Below are positions 38,855-52,200 of a stretch of DNA of 64,000 nt, in pieces. The position numbers were made by a program, and so were the translations under genes. The first letter of the stretch is position 1; each line of letters opens with the position of its first letter. This DNA comes from Laetmonice hystrix (taxonomy: Eukaryota): contig OZ249436.1 of assembly GCA_965235115.1 (NCBI GenBank), positions 3,536,001 to 3,600,000 on the forward strand, given 5' to 3'. The notes under the pieces are model-generated. The model worked only from the letters and a program-made list of their open reading frames with translations. It searched no databases and was not told where the DNA came from.

Positions 38855-39784
38855 AGACACACTAGGTGGCGACACAGTCTGCCAGCAAACCGCGCCAAGC
38901 GAGAGGCACGTGGGCGCACGTGGACGTTATAATCTCGATACTTGATAAGCTCTGTATAGATCTAATCTAATCAGCGCGTGACAGGATAGACAGACCGTCG
39001 GCTAACCTATTCGTGGGATATTGACGTGTGGTACGGCCACGTGGCGTTTTAACAAAAACTATTTTAAAATAGACATAGATACAGATCTCTGCTGCATGAT
39101 CGAGCGATGTGACCGAGAGGGTCCAATAGACCAAGCCCAGAAGGAGATATAATGGACCAGGCATAAAAGTCCGTCCCTCATTCGCCAGAACTATAGTTCA
39201 AATATTTTCGTTTGTTGGGCATTCACATAGAAACATAAGAACAGGGGAATAAGCTTGGCCTCTCTGCTTGTATACTTCGGCCTATGTTTTCATTAGCCAT
39301 CAAATGGGCGGAAAAGGGAGATAGCGTCCACCGAAAAGATAGTTTAGACCTATATGTAGGCCTATAGGCTTATATCCTGAGCCCCCCCCCACACACACAC
39401 ACACACACGCTGCTCCAGTTGATCGCCACCACCAGTTGCAGTTGAAGACGACTATAGTCAGTGGGTGAGCTGTTACGATTATGACACGAAGTACTCGGCC
39501 TATACATGTACATCGGGGTCAATCATCAAAACAATGTCAGGAGGGAAGAATTGCAATTTTGGATATGCTTTCCAATAAACTATTGTTCACATATATATCT
39601 ATCAGGCAATAATAATGAAATAGTTCTATGCAAGTTAATGATATCAATAAAATATGCTATATGTAGGCTACTAAACGATTTTGCGTCATGTGTATATACG
39701 GTATAGATATTGAAATAACCAGGGCTGACTATTAAGCTTATAGGGAAGGATTATGTAACTCGGTATGGAGGGGGGGGCGTGATA

Positions 39785-40640
39785 TATCGGGTGGATAAAA
39801 AAAAACGCCCCGAACTTTAAACTTCAATATTTCAAAAAGTAATGATTGTAATTCAATGAAATTTTTCTTACTATCACTTCATGATGTTGTCTCTTAGTTG
39901 TTAATGTTACAACTCAATAGCTTGGATAATATTTCCGTGGGGCTAAAAACAAAAATCATTGTACAAAACCGCAATGCCGGGCTAAAGCGAGTGGTAGTCG
40001 CACCAGAGTCCCTGGCCTCACACTAGAGTAGGTGGTCAATCGGTCCCCCGTTTTCACTTCATACTGCTCTCAGTCTCTTTTTCCATGAGCCAATGCACTT
40101 CCTGATCTCTGATAGGAGATATCTTCGCAACATTTGGAAATACGCAACGTTCTGAACGTGTTTCTAAACGTGATAATGATACGATTTCCCTTGAACTTCT
40201 CGTTACAGCCATATCGTCCTATAATGTTGCAGTTTCTGTGTAGAGTTTGGCACATTAAACATCTGTTTTTCTCTAAAAGTACTAGGAATAGCACATATTG
40301 TGTTATATCTAGTGGTCCACAACATGATACATATTGTAAAACATGCAAAAACTAAATATTGATTTTTTTACCCAAGGTACAATGCGGTGGATCAAACAGA
40401 TGTCAAATTGGACACCTGGCAGCTGCATGATATTTGACCTAATTCCGGCATTGCATTTTTAGACACTGATTTTTGTTTTTAGCGCCACGGGAATAAAATC
40501 AAAGCTATTGAGCTGAGACTTTAACATACCAGAGACAATATCATGTAGTGATATTAAGAGAAATTTTACTGAATTATAATGCATAGTGTTTGAAATATCA
40601 AAGTTTAAAGTTCGGGGCGTTTTTTTTTATCCACCCGATA
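39785..40640. mobile_element. ~856 bp Tc1/mariner-like MITE, copy 1
   Basis: TA-flanked, long TIRs TATCGGGTGGATAAAAAAAAACGCCCCGAACTTTAAACT; second full copy at 50748-51604. Confidence 0.9.
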
Positions 40641-40798
40641 TATGCCTAATCAAAATGTAGGTCCTATATCAAATTAATACCCAAGATATTCCATAATCAG
40701 ATCTTGGCCTATGTACACAATCTGTTATACAGGGCTGACATCACTAAAACAAAGGTCAGGCATGGCGCTTTGACTGCGCAGTCGATATGTTGGTCATA

Positions 40799-41608
40799 AA
40801 GCCTCAGTCACACCGGATCGTGCGATTTCTGGATCGTGCGATTGGTGGCGAATTGGCCCAGGTACGACCAATCGGCAATGTTTGCTATACGATCTCCATT
40901 TGCGGTCGCATACTTCGATTGCCCTTAACGATTAGTGGTTGGTCATCGTACGATTGGTGGTACGCGGGGTCATGCGATCACCTGCGAATCGTAGGTAATC
41001 GTGATGGCGATCAGTGATCCATCGTACAGGTAACACGACAGGTGGCACCACCAATCGTCAGGTGGCACGACCAATTGCTCAACCAATCGCGCGACTGCTT
41101 GACCTGCGATCTTGCGCGACTGGTGGTACGATCATGTAAGACCTGTCTGCCACCTATTACGATTTGGAATCGCAGGGCAAAAGTTGTGAACATGACCATC
41201 GACCTTGCTGCGACTGATTTTGTTCTGGCGATCACTCACGACCTTTTCGACCATTCGCATGCTCTTTCTACGATTTACCTGCGATTCTAAAATTTTTCGG
41301 TCGCAGATAGGTCGTAACCTGGTCGCAGCCCGGGGTGACTGGGGCTGAACATGACCATCAACCTTGCTGCAACTTATTTTTCTTTGGCAATCACTCACGA
41401 CCTCTGCGACCAGTCGCACGCTCTTTCTACCATTTACCTGCAATTCCAACATTTTTCGGCGGTCGCAGCTAGGTCGTAACCTGGTCGCAGGCCCGCTGCG
41501 ACTGGGGCTTTACCTACGATTCCAACATTTCTCGGCGGTCGCAGCTCGGCCGTAACCTGGTCGTAACCTGGTCGTAACCTGGTCGCAGGCCCGCTGCGAC
41601 TGGGGCTT
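40799..41608. mobile_element. Harbinger-like non-autonomous element with triplicated right end
   Basis: Left aagcctcagtc; right gactggggct(tta) at ~41347, ~41510 and ~41608; CGA/TCG-rich interior. Confidence 0.6.
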
Positions 41609-42949
41609 TAGGCGCCATCTGGCGTCCCATTAACGAACAATAATTTTGAAAGGAAATGTCTGTTAATTATAATTATATAGCTATATCCGATTCATCAACT
41701 TGGGATATGTCCTATATTAAAGAGACGGTTTTCTTTTATACGAGTTTCCCAAGTATCGGGATGGCCCAAACATTATAATGTTCATCATAAATAGGCCTAG
41801 GTGAACAGTAGCCGTGGACAGATGATATATAGAGGGGGGGGGGCATTTTGATTGAGGTAGTGGAACATGTACATGGTTGTATCATACAACGTCTTCTTGT
41901 AGACAGGCATTGTATGGATTTTTTTTTCTGTAAACGAGTTGCCTCAGGTATAGAGGTGACCCAGATATTATGACAACATAAAACACAAGACAACAATGAC
42001 ATGCACTGGCACACCTCACAGTCTACAGTCGAGTCCACTCAAAACCAGGATGCTTGTCGCCATGGAAACATTAGACCATATTCCTGAATTACCTCATAAT
42101 CGTGACCAAACGCGTATCATTAAGCTCACACTGAAGCCATCTTGTAGTGTTAGACCCAATTGGCGCTAATATTAGTATAACGTGTGTCATTCCAGATATT
42201 CTGGCTTTAAAGTAATATTTTTCTTATAATATTCTTATAGACGGGCGCTTAGCCGTAAAATAGCATGTAAAAATAAAAATGTATGTAGATCTATAGGCAT
42301 CTATAGACTGCAGAAGCCAGGAAGATATTGATAGTTGGGAGGAGGGGAAGCCAAGTCTGAAGCCAATTAGAACTGCCTATCTCTGGACAGCCGGGCAGGG
42401 GCGGGTCTAGGTATTGGGAGGATACCCCCTGGCCCCCCTAGCTGTTCTAACACCCCTGCATATTGTAGGTTGAGGACCTCTGAGCAACGACTACCTCCTT
42501 ACGACGATCTAAACAACGACCGATATTTCAACAATTTTCTTTAATCGTAATCACTTCTTTAATCACTTGCCTTGTTCATGCAGAGTTAAACCACCCATTC
42601 GATATGCCAATATTTCTTTTTCGAATCAATGCTATAGGCTTAAAATCCCATATAGAGGGATTTACATAAAACGGTTTTCATGACTTTCCATTAAATTAAA
42701 ATTGTAATGATTTGATTTAGGCTAATAACCTATTTTTAGCTAGGCCCTATATAGCTATACACACTATTTAAGTTGGTCTTTAGCTAGGCCCTATAGCTAT
42801 ACCGCCACCTTAAAAAATTGCCGTATCTATAGAAGAATTGAATGTGTAATTGTCCTAGCGGCCAAGATAAACAAGGATCTCACGCTATGTTTGTAATGGT
42901 CGACATTTAATATGGTTGTGGCCGAGCCCTGCATAGGTTGCATGTCGTA

Positions 42950-43190
42950 CCACGCATGCTCTCCCGACTCGCCAGGGCCCAGATCACGACAAGCACGGGG
43001 CGGCGGCGGTGACCGACCAGACTACAAATAGGACGGCGTTCCTCCCGTGGCTGTCCGTCTACCGAGTGCATGGTGTGGCAGTCTGGTGTGGAGCCGTGGT
43101 GACTCGTGAGTGCAAGTCGGGTACGGGGTCAGACCAAGTCTATATAGTAACGGACACAGAGAGGGACAGCATCATCACCAAGGTATCAGG
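42950..43190 (+). promoter_or_regulatory. Candidate ABAT promoter/5'UTR
   Basis: CpG-rich stretch with GGGGCGG and TATATA at 43141, just upstream of the ATG. Confidence 0.3.
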
Positions 43191-43236
43191 ATGTTGAAGG
43201 TTGGGAGCACACTGTTCAGGAGTCTGAGAACGTTTG
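43191..43236 (+). CDS. ABAT: ABAT exon 1 (mitochondrial presequence-like)
   Basis: [15 protein letters not shown], basic with no acidic residues; GTGAGT donor; phase 1 fits exon 2. Confidence 0.7.
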
Positions 43237-46200
43237 GTGAGTATAATTCACTTACTACGAGTGGCTCGTGTCATGACGACACGCGGGAGGCAGCAGCCAA
43301 GGGGTTGATTACGACCACGGCACATACTGCGGGAGGCTATACGCCGTACTCCAGTCTCTCCATGCCAGGGAGGCTGGCAGGGGCTGCAGCAGGACTAGCT
43401 GGGAGGCTGCCTGGGAGGGGCTGCAGCAGGAGTACTAGCTAGGAGGCTGAGAGAGCTGCAGCAGGACTAGCTGGGAGGCTGCCTGGGAGAGGCTGCATCA
43501 GGACTAGCTGGGAGGCTGCCTGGGAGAGGCTGCAGCAGGAGTACTAGCTGGGAGGCTGAGAGAGCTGCAGCAGGACTAGCTGGGAGGCTGCCTGGGAGAG
43601 GCTGCAGCAGGACTAGCTGGGAGGCTGAGAGAGCTGCAGCAGGACTAGCTGGGAGGCTGCCTGGGAGAGGCTGCAGCAGGAGTACTAGCTGGGAGGCTGA
43701 GAGAGCTGCAGCAGGACTAGCTGGGAGGCTGTCTGGGAGAGGCTGCAGCAGGAGGAGCAGGAGGACCGAAGGAGTACTGATCGAGACTCACTAATTACTC
43801 CATGCACTACTGTAATTAGATCTACAGACCGACCTTTAATTTGATATCGTGATTTGCACTATAAACACATTTTTTTATCACCGACTGATATAGGAGTTCA
43901 CATAAACAATTTTGCAACCAAATACTAAACTGGTTTAGAGTAATATTATAAAAAAAAATTCTAGTCTAGAACTTGGGCTGTGCAGGCTGTGGGCATTCCA
44001 CATGCAGCTTAAATATCCACTGGCGGATCCAGGGGGATATAGTATCAACATTTACTTGATTCTTGTCCAGGAGGCCTTGGTCATTGATACAGGGCAAATC
44101 TATGAATATTATAGCTGATAGAAACAGTCTGAAGTAGGCCTACTCGCGTTTCCAAGGGTTGTGTGGGGTTATCACCAGTATAGTAGACCTATGATCGGGT
44201 ACGTCCGTACCCGAGTTGACCTTGGCTCAGGTCAGTAGAACGCGGGAAGACTTGCGTACAGACGATATCAGACACAGAGAGTACCCGTCCCAGTCCCAGT
44301 ACTCAGCTTGGGCGAGACCTGTTACAGACGATATCAGACACAAACTACCCGTCCCAGTCCCAGTACTCAGCTGGGCGAGACCTGTTACGATATCAGACAC
44401 AAACTACCCGTCCCAGTCCCAGTACTCAGCTTGGGCGAGGCCTGTTACGATATCAGACACAGAGAGTACCCGTCCCAGTCCCAGTACTCAGCTGGGCGAG
44501 ACCTGTTACAGACGATATCAGACACAGACTACCCGTCCCAGTCCCAGTACTCAGCTGGGCGAGACCTGTTACAGAAGATATCAGACACAGACTACCCGTC
44601 CCAGTCCCAGTTCTCAGCTGGGCGAGGCCTGTTACGATATCAGACACAGAGAGTACCCGTCCCAGTCCCAGTACTCAGCTGGGCGAGACCTGTTACAGAC
44701 GATATCAGACACAGAGAGTACCCGTCCCAGTCCCAGTACTCAGCTTGGGCGAGACCTGTTACAGACGATATCAGACACAGAGAGTACCCGTCCCAGTCCC
44801 AGTACTCAGCTGGGCGAGACCTGTTACAGACGATATCAGACACAAACTACCCGTCCCAGTCCCAGTAGGGGGTGTAGAATTATTTTGGTCCTAACGTGCA
44901 CTGGATCGACGCCTGCCAGGAAACAACGTTCACCGTATATTCATCACGCAAAGCGTATAAAAGTCAGGCATAGGGGCCCACTGAGGCTAACTGATCAATA
45001 TTCCTAATTCCTAGCTCTATATTTTAATCTTTTTTAAAAGCTCCAGTCGGATTACAATTAAGGTATAGGGGCCTATTCCCCCCCCCCCCCAAGGCAAAAA
45101 AAATAGTTACGTTTCTTGTCCTTTCATATAAAAGATTTGGGGCGGTGACGCGGGTTTTATTTCATCTTTATTTTTTTTTTGATTCAACCAGACAACGGCC
45201 GATTGCAATTGCTGTTGGGTACATGAAGAAATCTTAAAGAAAAAACTAATCTTTGACGTCACAAACGATAACAAAATTCATCCACCAGTTTGACGTTATA
45301 GATAATTAATTAGTCCCGGAAGCCCTGAGCCACTACCCGAGGGCCAGAGTGCGGCCCTATCTGTTCCTACGTATTTGACCATTTTGGTCGAGTATACTTT
45401 ACTCGAAAATTGTTGCACGCCAGATGTTAAAACTCCCTGGTTAGAGGGTCAGAGCTTCTCGGACTATATGTTATAGGTCTACCGTTCTTCTGGTCAATAA
45501 TATACTTATCATGCACTGTCTCTCTGGGTAGACCAGAGCCAACGCAGGCCCTTATGTGAAGGACAGATAGGGACATGGGACATTCACGGGAGAGTTTGAA
45601 GACATCTGGCTTCAAGAAAGCCCCCTCGAAGGCAGATTCTTTGGCCCTACGCTCTTATTCAACTATGTTAGGAAAAAATAAAATTGGGATATTTTGATAG
45701 TTGACTATAGACGATCCGGAAATGTCATCTAACTTCCTGTCGGGTTAGCACAGATGTTATGCTGTCGATTTGACATCCGATTTTTTGTTTGTTTCCCAGA
45801 GCCATGCATCTCCGAAGGGCGACAATGCTATTTAGAGAGATGAGAGTAGAATCAACTAAAGATTTTGAACGCTTTTCGTTTTCCGCTTTCCCTGTGCGAT
45901 ATACTGCCGTGAAATGACAAAAGGAAGCAAGTCCAAAAGTTCAGGTTTCGAGAAATGGACATAAACAAGTTGTCTCTACACTAGTCGCACTTGGATGGAC
46001 GTGCTTCATTCTGTCATGTGACTGATAGCTTCATAGAAGGATGTTTAGCAGAAATACACCCTTCATTGATAGATAGGACTTACTTCCCTGAATCCAAATT
46101 TACACTTAAGTCGATTTTGATGAAACTTGGACTTGCTTCCTTTTGTCATTGCACGGCAGTATATGGGACATGCAGTTCGACCGCACGTTTTAATGAGCCA

Positions 46201-49200
46201 GAAAAAAGGCGGGAGCCGAACACCTGTTGCCATTGTTGACGTCCTTAGCGGCCGGAAATAAATCGTTTCTCTCTCGTACTGACCGTGACATGCATGTAGT
46301 TTTATTTCGGCTGTAGACGTTTCACTTGGATTGCCTTACCTTTAATGATAAAATTTTTCTTTCAATTTAGTTTTAATGGAAATTGCGTAAGATAGCTAGT
46401 CAACTATAATTTTCTTATTTAAATATTGATCTGGAGCCACCGGGTCTGTCGTGCGGACGTGTACTACGATATTCAACTGGTCAAGACTGGTTTTGACCGG
46501 CATCCTGGGGAGGAGGGACGCTATAAGTGCTAAGTAGCAGCAGCCGTCGCCTGCAGCAGTCTGAACGGCTTGTCGTGGATGGGAAACGTGTGCTTGTCGT
46601 GCCCTCAGTCTCGACAGGAGTGTGAATATTGTCAATAAATCAATGCTATTAGGAACCCATCAAATAACTGGCTCCCAACTCTTGCCAGCAATAACTGGCT
46701 CCCAACTCTTGCCAGCAATAACTGCCTCCCAACTCTTGCCAGCAATAACTGGCTCCCAACTCTTGCCAGCAATAACTGCCTCCCAACTCTTGCCAGCAAT
46801 AACTGGCTCCCAGCTCTTGCCAGCGGTTCGGGACCCCGCCCCCCTTGGCCCCACCGCATGGTAATTCACAAGAAGACAATCGATCGCTCGGATCCTGGAG
46901 ACGTGTACTACCGTAGTACAGTATGCATACTACCATAGTGTGTGATTTATGTTAGATGCACGGGCATCAGGCCCAGTTATGTCCGGAAAGATGACTGCAC
47001 TTACCAGATTACTGCACCCATTCACTGTGTGTGTGTGTGTGGGGGGGGGGGGGTGTTGGGGGGCCGGGGGGCTGCAGAAAGGGCATGGTCAAGGGGGTGC
47101 AACTAAACTCAGCTAGAGGGCAGAATATTGCCCCCGAAAAGGGTTTTTAAACGCCACTTAATTTGTCCATTACTATCCTCAAATTAGGTATATACTTCTT
47201 CTTCAAAGCCTATATTGGAGGCATGGCGTATAAGTAATGATAGGGGGTAGATTATCATTGTGTGAGGCAGGAGTAGATTGTGTGAGGCAGGGGTAGATTG
47301 TGGGAGGCAGGGGTAGATTGCGAGAGGCAGGGGTAGATTGTGAGAGGCAGGGGTAGATTGTGAGAGGCAGGGGTAGATTGTGGGAGGCAGGGGTAGATTG
47401 TGGGAGGCAGGAGTAGATTGTGTGAGGCAGGGGTAGATTGTGGGAGGCAGGGGTAGATTGTGAGAGGCAGGGGTAGATTGTGAGAGGCAGGGGTAGATTG
47501 TGGGAGGCAGGGGTAGATTGTGGGAGGCAGGGGTAGATTGTGGGAGGCAGGGGTAGATTGTGGGAGGCAGGGGTAGATTGTGAGAGGCAGGGGTAGATTG
47601 TGGGAGGCAGGGGTAGATTGTGAGAGGCAGGGGTAGATTGTGGGAGGCAGGGGTAGATTGTGGGAGGCAGGGGTAGATTGTGGGAGGCAGGGGTAGATTG
47701 TGAGAGGCAGGGGTAGATTGTGGGAGGCAGGGGTAGATTGTGAGAGGCAGGGGTAGATTGTGAGAGGCAGGGGTAGATTGTGGGAGGCAGGGGTAGATTG
47801 TGGGAGGCAGGGGTACGTAGATTGTGAGAGGCAGGGGTAGATTGTGGGAGGCAGGGGTACGTAGATTGTGGGAGGCAGGGGTAGATTGTCGGAGGCAGGG
47901 GTAGATTGTGAGAGGCAGGGGTAGATTGTGAGAGGCATGCAGGGGTAGATTGTGGGAGTTCCTGGAAAGTGGAATCTACTCGGCGCTATACCTAACGCCC
48001 CCGGTAGATTCTGGGAAGCCCATGGCTTCGTTTGGATATAGAGCCCAAACAGGGTAATATTGTATCTTATAGTGAAACGGCCCCTGCTCTTTTAGGCTGC
48101 TCTTGGATGCCTGGTAGATGCCATTATTAGTAGGTCCCTTATTCACTTTTCACGAGTTCTATCGTACGGGGGGTTCCTACGACATTCCAGAAGACTGCGT
48201 GTAGCAGAAGGACGAGGTTGAGCTGGTCAACTATATGAAGTTTATTCCAGTTCACTTTCCAAGTTTTTGTACAATAACATGAGTAGAGAAGACCACTGTC
48301 AAACTGACCAATGATATGTACACATGTACTGTACAACAGAAAAATGCTGGCTCCCGGTTGGCTAAACCATCACAGCTAGGGCAGGCCACTTTGGGGATTG
48401 TATATTGTTGTTAAAGACAAGTAAGTTGGCACTGGCAGACAGTCTAATGACCCGTGATTATACTGAGGCAGACATCCTGGCACTAGTGAGCTGCTTCACA
48501 GAGGTGGGAAACAATAGGTGAGAAAACACCTGTATTACGGGTTCCCTGTGATGAGCGACTCTGCCCCTATGACTGTACTGCCTTCAACAACTTCCCAAAC
48601 GAAAGCTGGGGAAAACCATCAATGGAGAACATATGTCACCCAAGAGATTATATTGTTTGTTTGCTGGTAGCAAACAATGAATACAAACTGAACATCTGAG
48701 AACGGTGGTTAAATCCTTAATGCACCACCGTTGCAACATGGTTGGTAAATGTCTATAATAATGAACATATAATCTTTCTGGGAGTAAATCAAAAGTACAC
48801 AATTTAAAACTAAAGATAAGAATTGCCTCTGTCGTAAGTTGTTTGTCCATTATTTTGATCAAGGGTAGCCCATAGTTAGACTAGGGGTACGATAGTTCCA
48901 CCATGTTTACACCATGAAGATGGCCATACTCGTCCGTTACGTGTTACAGAGCCCGCTCGGCGATGTGCACAAACCGCAGCGGCGGCCGCTCAGCCCCTGC
49001 ACCCGGCCGAGCCGGAGGGACCGACCATCCGGACCGCCATCCCTGGTCCCCGCTCACAGCAGCTCAAGGACGAGCTGCATCAGGTTCAGGTGAGTCACAT
49101 ACACATTAGCTGCACAGGAACTAGGCCTACTACTGCTCACAGGTGGCAGGTCGCCCTCTAACAGGTAAAAGGTGACAGGTCTCCTGGTTCTGCATGGACT

Positions 49201-52200
49201 GGACGCCGTTGAAAAGGACCCTCTCAAAATTGAAGGAATTAAAAAATGTCTATGGAAGGGAGGGACGCTCTTCGAAGTCTGCGAAAGCTAGAGTACCAAA
49301 TTATCCGCAAATTAAAAAATTAGAGCCGCGGCCTCATAAAGAAATGACAATGGTTCCGCGGGGCCTTCACCTAATGACTAGGCTATATTTCAGGGCTGTC
49401 CAGCAAAGTATTGAGCGGTAAATGCAAATTATGTATTAGGCCGGACATAAAGGCCCACAGAGAATAACTACTATAACACTTGACAATAACCTACATAGCC
49501 CCGGGTCATGTCGGTGCTTAATTAGACTACATTATACATGTAGTTGGTTGGATGCTTTGAGGGTGACAAAGAAAGTGGCCTTTTTACAATATATCTGATA
49601 TAACCAAGGACGAGAGACATATAATCATTGGTATAACTATATATAAACTATGTCACGCCAGTATCACCAGTCATAGTTCGAGCAAAGGAATTCATACAGA
49701 CATTCTATGTTAAATATCAACATTTCTCAGCCCATTCTAGACTATTGAAATCCATTATAATTTTTAAATAGTTATTTTCAGAATGATGTCTGGATTTAAG
49801 GCCAACGGACGCGGAAATAGGGCATAAAATAAAACTTGAAGGAGGTTGAAATAAATATTAACCATTAGTTTTTCAGTCAGTCGCACCTAGACGATAAATA
49901 TCAATAAACAATATTTCCTCTACGAATTCCAATCGAATATTAATTAATTAGTGATGTAGGGATTGTGTAGTAATTATTAATATTAATTAATTAGTGATGT
50001 AGGGATTGTGTAGTAATTATTAATATTAATTAATTAGTGATGTAGGGATTGTGTAGTGATTATTAATATTAATTAATTAGTGATGTAGGGATTGTGTAGT
50101 AATTATTAATATTAATTAATTAGTGATGTAGGGATTGTGTAGTAATTAGATAGTCAAATGGTAAGATGTCTCTGCCTGGTATATATCCTCCGTTAGATGA
50201 CAAAACATAATCATTCACCTGTAACCTATATCACAACCTTGATCTAGATTAGGATTTCGGAGAAACATGTTAGGAGATCTAGATTAGGATTTCGGAGAAA
50301 CATGTTAGGAGATCAGTAGATCAATATACACAGATCTGTTGTATGTCAGTGGGACGACTCACACAGATCTGTTGTATGTCAGTGGGACGACTCACACAGA
50401 TATGTTGTATGTCAGTGGGACGACTCACACAGACATGTTGTATGTCAGTGGGACGACTCACACAGACATGTTGTATGTCAGTGGGACGACTCACACAGAT
50501 ATGTTGTATGTCAGTGGGACGGCTCACACAGAGAGCGGGATTAGTGACAGGGGCGGATCCGAGATTTGCAAGACGGGGGGGGGGTGCTATGGAAAAATGG
50601 CGCTTTCTCAAACGTCCCCCCCCCACCCAGTCAGTAGCCTAAACAGTCAAACTCTCTTATTTCACTCGGCTGATAATGCGCAACGTCTCGATTCCATGAA
50701 GGAAACGTTAAAAATGATATGATGCAGAATTTTTGGTCTCTGTGTTATATCGGGTGGATAAAAAAAAACGCCCCGAACTTTAAACTCCAATATTTCAAAA
50801 AGTTTTGATTGTAATTCAATGAAATTTTTCTTACTATCACTTTATGATGTTGTCTCTTAGTTGTTAATGTTACAACTCAATAGCTCGAATAATATTTCCG
50901 TAGCGCTGAAAACAAAAATCATTGTACAAAAGCGCAATGCCGGGCTAAAGCGAGTGGTAGTCGCACCAGAGTCCCTGGCCTCACACTAGAGTAGGTGGTC
51001 AATCGGTCCCCCGTTTTCACTTCATACTGCTCTCAGTCTCTTTTTACATCGCCAAAGCACTTTCTGATCTATGATAGGGAATTATCTTCCCATTATTGGG
51101 AAATAAGCAGCGTTCTGAACGTGTTGCTAAACGTGATAATGATACGATTTCCCTTAAACTTCTGCTTACAGTCATATCGTCCTAATGTTGCAGTTTCTCG
51201 GTAGGGTTTGGCAAATTAAACATCTGGGTTTCTCTAGAAGTACTAGGAATAGGACATAATTTATTATATCTAGTGGTTCACAACATTATACATATTGTAA
51301 AACATGCAAAAACTAAATATTGAAAATGTTTTTACCCAAAGTACAATGCGGTGCATCAAACAGGTATCAAATTGGACACCTGGCAGCTGCATGATATTTG
51401 ACCTAATTCCGGCATTGTGTTTTTAGACACTGATTTTTGTTTTTAGCGCCACGGGATTAATATAAAAGCTATTGAGCGGAAACTTTAACATACAAGAGAT
51501 AATATCATGAAGTTATATTAAGAGAAATTTTATTGAATTATAATGCAAAGTTATTGAAATATTAAAGTTTAAAGTTCGGGGCGTTTTTTTTTATCCACCC
51601 GATATATCAAGGTTTTCATCTGGCTATATGTGTACAACAGGAAATCCTCTGACTTGATATCATGAAGAATCTCCAACCCAGCAAGATCAGACAATATGTG
51701 ACGGACAGTTGTCACAATGGTTCGTTCAGAGTAGGGGTCTCTGTATAGGTTATCATCTGACTTGATATCATGAAGAATCCCTTTATAAACCCAGCAAGAT
51801 CAGACAATATGTGACGGACAGTTGTCACAATGGTTCGTTCAGAGTAGGGGTCTCTGTATAGGTTATCATCTGACTTGATATCATGAACAATCTCCTAGTA
51901 AACCCAGCAAGATCAGACAATATGTGACGGACAGTTGTCACAATGGTTCGTTCAGAGTAGGGGTCTCTGTATTATATATCAAGTTTATCATCTGACTTGA
52001 TATCATGAAGAATCTCCATGTAAACCCAGCAGGATCAGACAGTGTTTGTGATGGAGAGTATACACAATATGGTTCGTCCGGAGTAGGCCTATATCAAGGT
52101 TATCCTCTGACTTGATATAAAAAATCTCCATGTAAACCCAGCAAGATCAGACAATATGTGGTGGACAGTTATCACAATGGTTCGTTCAGAGTAGGCAGTG

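Noticed and set aside
44216..45007. 263-aa ORF, and a possible tRNA-derived SINE head at ~44220 (tggctcaggtcagtagaacgc)
   Set aside because: The ORF is array-derived; an A-box-like motif is present but there is no convincing B box or cloverleaf
47255..47938. 227-aa Pro-rich ORF
   Set aside because: Antisense translation of the 20-bp minisatellite
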